Shown one piece after another: positions 27,701 through 40,119 of a stretch of DNA of 64,000 nt; within the stretch, counting starts at the first letter, position 1, and each line of letters begins with the position of its first letter. The position numbers and the translations under genes are program-made. Below the pieces are notes generated by a model that saw nothing but the letters and a program-made list of their open reading frames with translations, had not been told where the DNA came from and did not search any database. Source of the DNA: Paragordius varius (lineage: Eukaryota; Animalia; Nematomorpha); the NCBI GenBank assembly GCA_964247055.1, contig OZ176056.1, positions 4,898,001-4,962,000 of the forward strand, read 5' to 3'.

Positions 27701-29543
27701 CATGGGTTAGCTGTTTAGAATTTTGAACTCTACGGTCATAAGAGTTTCAACCAAATTAGCAATCATAAAGGTATTGGTTTATCTAGTCGCTATTTTACAG
27801 GCCTGAATCTTGGTTATGTAAATCCACCGACAAAGCCCGCATCAACTCATTTCAAATGTGGTGCTTCCGGATTTTGGGTAAGTCCTGGAAAGCCCCCATT
27901 TCCAATTCATATACACTTAACTTCACCAGAATGCTTTACGATCTGGTTTACTGACAATTAAAATATCTCGTCCATATTCTACATTCCAATTCCCTGGAAA
28001 AACTTCTCCGGGGTTGGTCATGGTACTAGCAAAAGAGGCTTCTAAAATTAGTTACAAACCTTACTTTTCCATATATTTTTAAAGTCTCGAGGTCGTCTGG
28101 AATAAAAAAGCCCTTGTTTATAAGAAGGCTTTGAGTCGCTACGCGCTTCTAATACACACAATTGAGCAGAACATTTCTTTAAACTCGGAATTTTGATTAA
28201 TGGTTCTTCCTATAATTTAAGTTAAATATAAATTTTTGTCAAATTGAGTACAAACGTTTACTAGGATTCTGTAGTGTAGAAATATCGAGCATTGTTGAAA
28301 GTGGATCTAATAAAAGAGCTTTTAATACCGTTTCACAATGCTCCAAAACACTATGAAATACGTTTTTCCAAAATTTGGCAAAAAAATAAAATATTAAGGC
28401 AATTATTAGGTATAGTCCACTAGCAGTTCAACTGAGGGAACAGGACAAGTCGCAGCCTAATAATTTGAATCTACCAGCCATTTTCTTCATCTGACACACA
28501 AGTTGAAATTTTATAAAAACTAGCGTCTTATTTAATCACAATCATGTCGATATTGTGCCTGAAAAAGAACATTTTCGGCACGCATTGCTTTGCTGATGGA
28601 AAAAGTTGTTAAAATTCATTGTTTGCCGAAAACATATCATGAACATATTCCATCAATTAAAATTATGAATCTGGGTTAAAAAATTAATATTATGATTTCA
28701 TGTGAAAGAGAGTAGCCGCCCTCTAGACCCTTAACAGCGATTGATAAAGTGTAGGAATTATTCTATGATGTTTCAACTTAAACTGAACAGCAAGAAGCAC
28801 TACATCTGTAATACGAACAATGGATTACCTATAAGGTTAAATTGGATTCACACAATTAGAATGATTTTTTAATCGCAAAGTCAGGTGTGATATATACCTA
28901 CATATTACGAAGGGAACTCATGTTGTCATTGTCATCAAATTTGTGACGGGTGAAGTGGATTCAAATCCTATACTCAAAGCCAAAAAATTGTCTCTTTAAT
29001 CGGTTCATCAAAGGCCACTTCAGCATGAAGACCGACCTTGTTCAGTGTCTCGTAGTCACAGCAGTATCATATATGAACTTATGAATAACAGTCACCACTA
29101 TTACGCAACTATATCGTCAACAAACGATGATTCTGAATCCATCATTTATCGAGAAAAAAGCCCTGTGAGCAGAAGACATGGCAAAGTAATTTTGCTAGAT
29201 GACAATGCTCCGTCTCATATAGCGAAACCATTATAAACACATAAATAAGGAATTTTTCCACATCCTCCACATTGTTCTTACATGGCGCCAACTGACTATG
29301 ATGTTTTCGCAAGAGCAGCACTGCAATCGTTTCAAAGGTGGAAAATGTGACAAATGGTTGGTGGCAAAAGATAATCAATTTTCTGGCATGTTATATTTCT
29401 GAGAGATCGGAGAAATTGCAGAAGCTGACGGTCAATATAAAAAAAATAATTGCTATTGCTTCAAAATTACATGTGTTAAAGACTGGTAACTTATTACTTT
29501 GATTTGTATGCATTTTTCAAGAACGTTTGTGATTTTATAATCT

Positions 29544-29579
<36 letters not shown>

Positions 29580-32500
29580 TTTATCTCCCAATCTCGGCTT
29601 TTTTTGCATTTATTGAAATTCGCCTATTTTAGAGGGTTCTATCTAAAACTTTAAAATTCCCTTCTAAAAATTATTATAAAAATATTGTTTATTAATAAAA
29701 TATTTAATGATATTTTTTGAAAACACTTAATTTCCACCAAAAATTAATTTCATAATAAATGTGGGCAAATTTTTTGATTTTCTATGTGGAGTCATTACAA
29801 CAAAAGTATTAACCTTCTTAAATCAAGACCCAAAACCAAAAGCAGGATGAAAAGTCTGATGCATTTTCTATCAGAAAATATATATTTCATCAAGATATTT
29901 TTTGGGGCCTGTCTTATTTATTAAATATTGTAATATGCTCAAATATTTTCAATTGAACTTGTTCTTTGATGTTTTTAAACTTTCAAAATTCGTTCCTTAA
30001 ATATATTTTTGATCAATCGAAACCTTTCTTGTGCAATCCCACATTATTTAGCGATACCTATTTTTTATCACCACCTATACCAGCGGTATTCATCAAAAAA
30101 AATAAAAAGGCGGAAAAAATTTATTCTTGCAAGGGCCCTGCACGGTACAGGGTCATTTTATCATATTGATAAAATTTTCATAGCTCTTTGACACATTTTC
30201 AGATATTGATGCTCAAAATAATTACATTATAAAATAATAAATTACACAGGGCCATAAAAAGCCACTTTAAGGGCTTAGTTTTGACATAGATATAGAATAT
30301 ATGTTTTTTTCAATTCATTTTATTTTTTAATTTTTTTTATATAGCATTGTTTTGCTGCTTTCCTATCAAAACAATATTTAATGTCCCATGAAAAAATTCT
30401 ACACAAACATGTAACTAAGAAAATGGACAAATATTGTCAATCGACTTCGTGTATAAGGCAACAAAGACATCATTCATTCTTGCCCACAAAAAGCAATGCA
30501 GAAAAGTTAAACGTCAGCTCAAAAACTATTATTCAATACAAAGGAGATGTGAAAAATCAATCGACACATACTAATAGGCTTACAACTTCTGTCCAGAGTC
30601 AAGTCAGTCATCAATCAGTCCCCAAATTTGATAATTCCTATCCGATCCCGGTCGAAAAAATTTTAAATAACCAAATACATTACCCTGGAGAGAAAAGGAG
30701 TTTTAATGTTACAGAATCCAATTTTATTTGGCGAAACAATTATTACCATTCTCTTCAGCAAAGCCATTTGCCAAATTTTATGCATTGGTCACCGTTGATG
30801 AGTAATAATAACATTAATAGCAGTGTAAATCATACAGCCTTACCAAATAGTTCTGTAATAATGAACCCTATAAAACAGTCTTTTGGTAAATTTTTATTGT
30901 TTTACCCTAAATTTTATATAATAATATACGTATGTGTATATACAATGTGAGTAAATATACATTGCTGTTTTTTTTATTATTGCTGAATGGCTTTTTAAAA
31001 AGTAATCCTAATCCCTAAAAGGAAAGCGCAAAAATACACATTATTTAATGCACCAAATTTAAGCCATGCATATTGCTCTTGACTGTAAATTATATCTTGT
31101 AAAAACAATAAAAAATAATGTATATTTACTTATATATAATTAATATTACAGAAAATATAAAACTTAAAAATAACGGTCAATCAGATCTCATTCACCAACA
31201 ACACCAGTCAAAATCTACTAGTCTACGAGGTAATGCGGCATCTTCTGTATTTTCGCAAGAATCAGATTCTATCAATTCAAATTCTAAATTTTGCGATAAG
31301 TCAAGACCATCATCGAAATCTCTGAAAAATGTGCCCACAGGTTAACATCGCATTTTTACTTTTCTCTATCCATTTGCAGTTTGCGTTAAAATCTTTTAGA
31401 AAAATATTGGGTTTTTTTATAATTTTTCATAAATAATAATAGGACTCGATTTAAGCAAGATTGATACTGATGTCTCAAAGTTGCACACAACATGTAACAT
31501 TTGCTTCAAAGTTTTGGCATGTCATTCGGCACTTGAGATTCATTACAGATCACATACTAAGGAACGTCCGTTTAAATGTGAGGTATGTGATCGTCATTTT
31601 TCAACCAAGGGTAATATGAGACAACACATGTTAACGCATAAAACTCAATTAAGCCCACACATTTTGAATTCATTAGTTAGAAAAAATGGGAGTTCTTCTA
31701 TGTATCGACCAATTAGTTCAGATAAATTAGCGGGGAATATGACTAAAAAGGGTAATTTATTACAAGCGTCCTCAAATAATAAGGAAGGATATGTTAGACA
31801 TAGCACAACAGATTCTGACAAATTGCATAGCAATCATGATAATAGTGATAAGAAAAATATGTTTATTTTTCCCGAAACATGCGTCCGAAATCGTTCTGAA
31901 ATAAATTCTGCTGAACACTTTGTTCAAAAACTACCGCAAATAACACCCAGCCTTTTTGAAAAAGATAAGAATCTTTCACAATACGATCCTCGGTTATTTT
32001 TTCCTCCTCACTTTTACAAAAATTCAACCAATAATATGATTAATAATTTGACCTTGGATGAAAACAATAATATTGAGGAGAGAAAAATATCAGATTCCAT
32101 TTTATCTTATCAAATGTATTATCAACAATTATTGCAAATGTATCAAATGCAATTGCAATCATATTTGAAGACGACAAAATCACCCAATAATAGGGATGAC
32201 AAATTGACAGATCTATCATTGTCGGCCACAGATCAAGCAGCTATGAATCCAAATAATTTTTACCATTATTGGATGGAATTATGGAATCAAATGCCCTACA
32301 ACGCAAATTATTATCCCAAAAATAAAAATCTACTTTTAAACACCACATCGCAATACACCTCCACAAAATCTACTTTGGAAAATTTTGCAGTTCCAAATTA
32401 TAGAAATGGGCTTTCTTCGCTATCAACCCTCTATAATTTGCCAGGGCTTGGTTTTAAACAAGGACCTATTGATGCACCATTCTCCCATAATCCTAACCAG

Positions 32501-35216
32501 AATAAAAGGATCATGCAAACAAATATTAATGAACCATTGAATAGCAACAATAAAAGTATTGATTCAACCGATAATAACAATATTAATTTTAATACCTGGT
32601 TAACAAATTATTTTTATCCCCATAAAACTAATGTTAAAGAAATTCATAATAAGCTGGAGAAAGAGAATGTCAACATATGCCATCCTTTTATATTACCGGA
32701 GCCTATGAACCCAGGAGAGTTTATTGATCGGGTTATGAAGGGAAAACTTCATATTCCACCAACCGCTTATAATTTTCCAACACCTACAACAGGTTCTACT
32801 TTATCCGAAAAAATTGTTAAACAGCAATGTCAATCCGTTATGATAGAAAAATCTGCACCTCCCCAAAATCAGAACATATATGAGATTGAAAAAATCTATT
32901 TAACCAAATCTTTACCCATAATACCATCAGGCGATCAAGGCAGTGTTAAACAACAAAATCTAATTATATCTGGACCTAAATTCTCTCAAATATGTGAATC
33001 TTCTAATGCTAATCCGCATGGTACCAAGTCAATTAAACAAGAAATCTCAGTGATTGTCACTTCTAATGCAATTAAAGGTATGACATTTTTAAATAATTAT
33101 TGTATGTAAATGGTTATAATATATATGACTTTTATTTTTCCTAAATGTTGGAACGACTGAATACATTTTAGTTGTTAAGAAAGATAGTTTCAATTAATAA
33201 AACTAGTCTTGGAAAGACCAGTCGTTCTTATAGGTAGGTTTTTAAATCAAAATCATTAATATGGTTACTTTTTAAAATTTGCTTTCGACACATAAAAATT
33301 AAAAATGTTAAACACTGTTTCACTACGTATACCCCTTCAAAACTATTTCCAATGGATGGAAAAACGTGATCAAAAGTAGTTTTTTCTCTATTAATTTTTT
33401 TGGCTGAGTCTCAACCATATGTTATATTTACGTAGCGGATATTTATATTTCATACAAAAGATTTTGTTTAAAAATTTGTAAAAGGTCATATATATTAGTA
33501 TCCTAAAGATTCGCAATATTATAATTTCCCCCAGAAAACAAATTATATTTTATTTTTTATTATATTTTTTGATTAGAATCACACAAAACTAATTCTCAAA
33601 ATAAATATTGCACAGAAGCTGATACGATTAACGATTATGGCGTTAAAATATCTGTTAAAAATATTCCAATCACCAATTGCTCTGAGAAACAAAATAAAAC
33701 TTTTGCCGGGCAATTTTCCGAGAGTGACACCATTTGCAGTACTTATAACAATTATAATAGGACTGTACAAACAGAAAATCAAGTCGATAACAAGAAAGAT
33801 AGTTTACAAAATGCGGAGGAAGAAGAAAATCACTTAAATAAATTAATTATGTTAGAAAAATTAGCTGAACACATGAACACACTTTCGCCCCTAAATAGCG
33901 TAGATGGGGAAAGTTTGATTGACTCTATGACGAGTATAAAATCGTGTCAAACCTTACTCAAAAATCAATGCAAAGTAAACATTAAATACTTTATTATTAA
34001 TTTAAAAGTGGGTTAGTTTTTTATGATAAAATAAATCGGTGCTTAAAACGAGGCCACGCCATACAAGAACACATAAACCAAATTGGGTCAAACAGCTGAT
34101 TTTTCTCATTTGGTATTTTTCATAGACAATTAACGCTATTTGATCATATATTATTAATAGAATATATAAAATTTAGCACCCATATAGATTCAATGTCCAA
34201 AATTTAATAAAGCGACATCAATTTTCAATAAGAAAACCTAAAAACGCTCAAAATTAAAATTAACGATTCTAGATAATCGATATTGTTATATAATTATATT
34301 CAAAATATGCATTTTATCGTTTTAAATATTTTGTCAATGTTTAAACTTGACCCTACCAGCTTTTTGCCTCATTTTTTCGTGTTATTTCTATTTTAACATT
34401 AACTTATATAAAAACAATGCTTAAAATTCTAGAAGTAACATTTGAATGCAATACTCAGAAAATTATACGATATCAATTAGAATCAGCCGCATTTTGTTTC
34501 GGAAGGTTTATATAGCTCGCTAACTAATTTCGTATCGTATTACAAATTTAAGTTTTTAAGCAAAGACTTCCCCAAAATGTATTCTTTATAAGTAAGTAGT
34601 ATGTATAATAAATCCAAAAAAGCTTTATCGTCCTAAGAGCAACTCAGTTTAATTAAATAATTATATCCGAAAAACACAAAATTTTCTTGACCCAAAATTT
34701 GAGACACTCTGATATATATTTTTTCTTGTTGTTATGATTCAGATTTGTTACAAACGATTCTCAAGCCTAAGTGCCATGCAAATTCACATGAGAACTCATA
34801 CCGGTGATAAGCCATTCAAGTGTCCCATTTGTGATAAAGCATTCACGACCAAAGGAAACTTAAAGGTATTTCATTAAATTGATTGAATATATAAAAATAT
34901 TGAAAAGGATGTTGAGCCAATTTAAATTTATTTATAGGCAATGTTTACCGTATATATGCCGCATCTGATTTTAATAAAATTTAAGGATGAATTTTTTATA
35001 AACTCAAATGGATTCTTTTCCTATATTTGGCAATTCTCTGCCTGACTCTAATATGTCTCTCAACTATATATATAAATTAACCTGGTTGAATAACAATCCT
35101 AAATCCCTTATGTAAATATTAAAATATCTTTTAATTTCTTAATAAAATAGGTTCACATGAGTACTCATACAGAAAATGATGCATTATCACAAACAGATTA
35201 TATTCAACAACCTTGA
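24761..35216 (+). CDS. sal: Spalt/SALL-family C2H2 zinc-finger transcription factor (~1366 aa, 7 fingers)
   Basis: Phase-consistent GT-AG exons: 24761-25204, 25429-26011, 26435-26556, 30345-30885, 31152-31340, 31443-33077, 33577-33974, 34743-34865, 35151-35216 (4101 nt, ending TGA). Fingers: [31 protein letters not shown]|AHALRH; HKCQ|[20 protein letters not shown]; [49 protein letters not shown]; NQCK|[41 protein letters not shown]|VHMSTH. The SAL box F(T/S)TKGN(L/M) is in the second finger of each pair. The start ATG 24761 is inferred from an in-frame TAA at 24725; a probable 5'UTR acceptor lies at 24592. Confidence 0.93.
27235..27355 (+). repeat. Dispersed repeat family, copy 3 (in spalt intron 3)
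   Basis: Aligns with 14020-14150 and 19395-19510. Confidence 0.7.
27620..28030 (+). mobile_element. RTE-clade (BovB-like) LINE fragment, C-terminal RT region, degenerate
   Basis: Frameshifted translation [24 protein letters not shown]...[15 protein letters not shown]...[25 protein letters not shown]...SLEKLL. This follows the RTE/BovB pattern YLGS.IT...EI.RR..LGR..M...TK..L.K.LV...RI.AFE.WCWR. Confidence 0.8.
28544..29448 (+). mobile_element. Second Mos1-like mariner transposase pseudogene (in spalt intron 3)
   Basis: From ATG 28544: [19 protein letters not shown] (first catalytic D region), [18 protein letters not shown] (~29185-29229) and C-terminal KWLVAKD..F...EADGQY, with many frameshifts. 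TIRs were not clearly recovered. Confidence 0.85.
29640..29900 (+). repeat. Partial copy of the old palindromic element family
   Basis: GTGGAGTCATTACAACAAAAGT...AAACCAAAA...ATGCATTTTCTATCAGAAAATATATATTTCATCA resembles 38030-38150 and 3890-3930. Confidence 0.5.
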
Positions 35217-35292
35217 TGCACAATTCACATCTCCGTTTAGGATACAATTTTATGTGTTTTTTGCTACTTTTGCTGTTCTTATTGTATTATTA

Positions 35293-35298
35293 AATAAA
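35293..35298 (+). promoter_or_regulatory. Candidate poly(A) signal of spalt (AATAAA)
   Basis: First AATAAA ~77 nt after the TGA. The hexamer is common in AT-rich DNA, so support is weak. Confidence 0.3.
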
Positions 35299-36949
35299 AA
35301 ATTTATATAGTTAATTTTTTAAATGCTATCTATATTCATTACATTTATTTTTTGAAGAGAAAGATCTAAATATTTTTTATAGTAATGACAAAATGGGAGA
35401 TAAAAATTTAAGAAGTCTTATGCGACTTCTAATATCGGTATTTTGGCTCATATTAAATAAAAAACTCTAAACCATTTAACTCACATATATTTTATAAAAA
35501 ATCGCTTTTTGGGCTAATATATAGATAATGAGGCAGAATGCATTTCTGTTTTGTTTTAATAAAAAGATTTTATATATCATTTTTGGATTTAAGAATATGA
35601 AGAATTGATGGGTATATAATAAAACCAAAATTGATTTAATTATATTTTTTATATTTTATTTAGATTTTATTTATAAATCAAAACTGCTAAAACTTGATCA
35701 ATATATGCAAACAAGATTTTTTGTTTTAGGAGGCAATATCAGATTTTTGAATGAAAAGAAATCTAAAAATTTGGAAAAATTTGTTTGTGAGATTTAAAAC
35801 GCTTTGAAAATCTGGCAGAATAAAATAACTCATTTGTTTTATGTGAACCTCATCATTGTCAGAAAACATATATGTCACTCGTCCTGTATCATAAATAGCA
35901 AAATATTTTTTGGTAGGTAGAATTATATAAAATTAACTTTTTTATAACTAGTTTTTTCTATCTTACCGAACGAATGACATTAACATAATATTGAGGATCC
36001 AGTGTATAAGCCTTTTAGGTTAAAATAATATTGATTACAGATTATTTTCGCTTAATAATCACTAAAACGAATTATTGCGATTTCCTTAGACTTTTTTTCA
36101 TACTTTAGTAGTACAACACAACCTAAATTTTTACCGTGTTAATTATAATATAAATTTTAAAAATAAAAACAACGCAATCGAGATTAGCTTTCCAAGGTTA
36201 AATCTCTTTACCCTATAAATCTTGATTAATTTTACCTAATTAAAACAATTGATATTTTACTAAGGAAGTATCTATATTAAAAAATTAAATATTAATAATA
36301 TTCTGACCAAATATTTTCAGGGGTTAGATTTTATACTTATCATGGTTAACTTAATTTGGTTGCAGAGTAGAATTAGGGACCCGTTTAAAAATGATTTTAA
36401 TACTATGCTTTTTAGGGTTAAAACCGGAAATTTGGAATATGGTCATAAAAATTAGATATATGTTGGTAGTTATTTTTAACGATTAATATTTTTCTGAAAA
36501 CTGTTTTAAACACTTTCATTCGTCTGTAACAACAAAATTGAGTTTGTATTGAACATACATATATTTTATTATTGAATTATGTTGAAGTTATATAACGATG
36601 TCTAAAAATAATTTTAGCTAACTCAGAATTTAATCAAACGATTTTTCGAATAAAATTTTTTTTTTAAAAAATTTGGAGATACTCAGCTAAAAACTGTATG
36701 GGGATTTTTTGTGTCTTACAAGTGAGTTAACAAAGTTAATACTTTTGTGGTAATTGCTTCATAAAGAAAAATCACAAAATTTGCGCTTATTAGATCGGTT
36801 GAAAACAAAAAAATAGGTAGTATTTAATTTTAGTCAACAAAATATATAAGTATAAACTATATTTTATTTAAAAAAACATTTTTTCTTATTTTAGTAATAT
36901 GTGGTAATTACTTGTTTTTTGATCGATCGATCCATTACACTCCATTAAA

Positions 36950-38160
36950 ATCGGAGGGTAAAAAATAATATGATGAATATGTATTCTGAGAGAAAAATGT
37001 GTCGGATTATCATGGTGCTTTTAATTCAGGAATTCAACAAAGTTATTTACACTTTTGTAGTAAGTGCTCCATCTCAGAAAACTTCGCCCACATTTTTGTT
37101 AATTAAAATATTTTTAGTTAAAGCTAAAGACATCATTTCAAATTATATATTTTAAAACATAACAAGCAAAACAGTTTTATAAAAATTTAATTTTAAATGT
37201 GGGCTCCGAAAGTCCCAAATTTTTTTCTTCATGGGCTTGTTATCTTATAAACGCGGAATTCCAGGATTGTGCGAGAAAAATTTACAACATATGCTAAATT
37301 TCGACATTAACTAAAAATAGTTCCAAAAATTGCATACATTTTTTAAAATATATTTTAGTCAAAATTTTGTTGAAGCGTACTTTATAATATGTTGAGTGAT
37401 GGAAACGGTATAAAAACGCTTAAAGATATTATAAAAACATATCTATATGATTCGATAATGCTGAAGATTTCATTCACCTTAGATTATTAATTTGTTCATT
37501 TTGCTTTCTAATTTTGGGAATTTTTGTAAAAAAAATCCAATTTATATTTAGCACAAATTTGAAGACGAACGAATATTTTAATCGAAATTCTGAAGTGATA
37601 GAAATGTTCAGAATCATCAAAATATATAGAAAGGGTGTTTTTTTATAATATCTATGAGCGTTTTAATATCGTTTCCATCATGCCTCAAAATGGTATGAAG
37701 CACGCTTCAACAAAATTTTGGTAAAAAATTAAATTTTTGAAAAATGAATGCGTTTTTTAGAAAATATTTTTATTTTCTAAAAAAATTTACCATATTTTTT
37801 AAATTTTTATTCCGCAATCGCGGCATTTTTGCGTCTATTTTAAAAGAAATAGCCCATTAAAGTGATATTCAGGATTTTCAGACACATCTAAAAATCATAT
37901 ATTTTTAGAAACATTGTTTTGCTTATTATATGTAGTTTTTGATTATTTTAGTGATATTTTTTGGAATGAAGCCTTTAGAATTGAGCAAAAACAATTTTTT
38001 AAAAAAAATTTGCGCAAATTTTGCCATTTTCTGACGTGGAGCGCTTACCACAAAAGTGTAAATAACTTCCTAATATTAATCGTAAGAGCCGAAACCAAAA
38101 CCACCATTATGATCCTGATACATTTTCCTATCAGATATATATTCACCTTTCTTTTTGTGG
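36950..38160. mobile_element. Old ~1.2-kb palindromic foldback element centred near 37540
   Basis: Nested reverse-complement matches: 37358 AAAATTTTGTTGAAGCG vs 37700 CGCTTCAACAAAATTTT; 37398 GATGGAAACG...CGCT vs 37660 AGCG...CGTTTCCATC; 36970-37100 vs 38005-38150 (TACACTTTTGT.GTAAG.GCTCCA). The arms are diverged. Confidence 0.7.
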
Positions 38161-38391
38161 ACACTGTGTTTGCTATAAATAAATAAATATATACAATATA
38201 TATATATATATATATATTAATTCTTCATTTCAAAAAATATTTATAAGAATATATAGCCATAGTAATGTCGCCATGTCCTAAACCGTATAAAAGCGTAGGA
38301 AGGTGATAAGGGACGTTCGGTTTGAACAGTGGCGGAAAGGAGCATGCCTGTCATATGGATACACGGATTAAATTTGTCGGACAATATCGCT

Positions 38392-38442
<51 letters not shown>

Positions 38443-38444
<2 letters not shown>

Positions 38445-38738
38445 ATTTCCCAGTCTAAATAAACGTTTTCCCAGTCAATCGAAACATTTTCCCAGTCAAT
38501 CGAAACGTTTTCCCAGTCAATCGAAACGTTTTCCCAGTCAATCGAAACATTTTCCCAGTCAATCGAAATGTTTTCCCAGTCAATCGAAACGTTTTCCCAG
38601 TCAATCGAAACGTTTTCCCAGTCAATCGAAACGTTTTCCCAGTCAATCGAAACATTTTCCCAGTCAATAGAAACATTTTCCCAGTCAATAAAAACATTTT
38701 CCCAATCAATAAAAACGTTTTCCCAGTCAATAAAAACG
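38443..38738 (+). repeat. 21-bp minisatellite (TTTTCCCAGTCAATCGAAACG) x14, left arm
   Basis: 14 CCCA(G/A)TC cores counted at exact 21-bp spacing from 38449 to 38722. Confidence 0.97.
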
Positions 38739-39886
38739 GTTTTATTTTTGATGATAAATATCAAAACAAGACATAAAAATAACTTTTAACCATTATCAGC
38801 GTAATATTAGGATATTAATTTTTATAAAATCACAATTATTTAATGACAATATTTCCTATATGTTCCAATACACAATCATTAATAATTTATTCTTTAAAAG
38901 CTATATTTTATTAACTGGAAGAATATTTTATGGTTTTAAGTATTTTTAAGAAAATATTTAATAATTTTTTTATTTTATCGATGGTTCGCATTAATATTCG
39001 AGGCTAACTTTTAAAGTCTATAGTTACGGATAATAAAATTTATAAAAAAAATATACCATTTTTATCTCAAATTGGTCATTTAACACTTCATATTGGATCA
39101 TAATCATGTCGAATTGTGTAAAAAATACTGTCGGAAAAAAATTTGCACAAAACATGGTTTTATATATGTTTTTCATTTAAAAATATTTTATAGAAAAGGA
39201 TATTCTAACACGGCTTTGCGGGCCGCATTTTTAACTCAAAAAGCACGGCGTTCCGAATTCGTATTTTATACATTCATAAATAATTTATTCGATCTAAACA
39301 TAAGACTGTAAAGTACATACACAATATATTTTTTAATTCGTTGTCAATTTTATAGACTCATTTAGAATAATAGCGTAAGAAATATGAATTTTACTAAGAT
39401 CTTGTTGGCAAATTTTTGCATTGAATTTCTAAATTTTTCGCGGGCCACACTAAGATACTCTGAAGGCCGCTTAGGGCTCCCATGAACCAAATGATAAATA
39501 TAAAAAATAGGGTAAAATTTATGTTTAAGACCCAATATGAAGTGTTAAATGACTAATTTGAGATAAAAATGGTATATTTTTTTTATAAATTTTATTATCC
39601 GTAACTATAGACTTTAAAAGAGCCTCGAATATTAATGCGAACCATCGATAAAATAAAAAAATTATTAAATATTTTCTTAAAAATACTTAAAACCATAAAA
39701 TATTCTTCCAGTTAATAAAATATAGCTTTTAAAGAATAAATTATTAATGATTGTGTATTGGAACATATAGGAAATATTGTCATTAAATAATTGTGATTTT
39801 ATAAAATTAATATCCTAATATTACGCTGATAATGGTTAAAAGTTATTTTTATGTCTTGTTTTGATATTTATCATCAAAAATAAAAC

Positions 39887-40119
39887 CGTTTTTATTGACT
39901 GGGAAAACGTTTTTATTGATTGGGAAAATGTTTTTATTGACTGGGAAAATGTTTCTATTGACTGGGAAAATGTTTCGATTGACTGGGAAAACGTTTCGAT
40001 TGACTGGGAAAACGTTTCGATTGACTGGGAAAACGTTTCAATTGACTGGGAAAACATTTCGATTGACTGGGAAAATGTTTCGATTGACTGGGAAAACGTT
40101 TATTTAGACTGGGAAATGG
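39887..40119 (-). repeat. Same 21-bp minisatellite x11, right arm (inverted)
   Basis: 11 GA(C/T)TGGG cores at 21-bp spacing from 39897 to 40107. Confidence 0.97.

Larger units (their letters stand above)
38443..40119. mobile_element. Young foldback-type non-autonomous DNA transposon with long TIRs, inserted in a (TA)n tract
   Basis: Begins CCATTTCCCAGTC after (TA)22 and ends GACTGGGAAATGG followed by TATATATAT. The arms 38443-~39100 and ~39530-40119 are reverse complements. The differences I found are 63 bp of repeat copy number, one 2-bp indel and about two substitutions. The ~430-bp spacer is non-coding. Confidence 0.9.

Noticed and set aside
38250-38400. GC-richer island with TATAAAAG and CAGTGGCGG between two (TA)n tracts as an ncRNA or promoter
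   Set aside because: No recognisable RNA family, structure or second copy; most likely a small TE fragment.
38443-38738. CRISPR array
   Set aside because: The units are head-to-tail with no unique spacers, there are no cas genes, and the context is eukaryotic.
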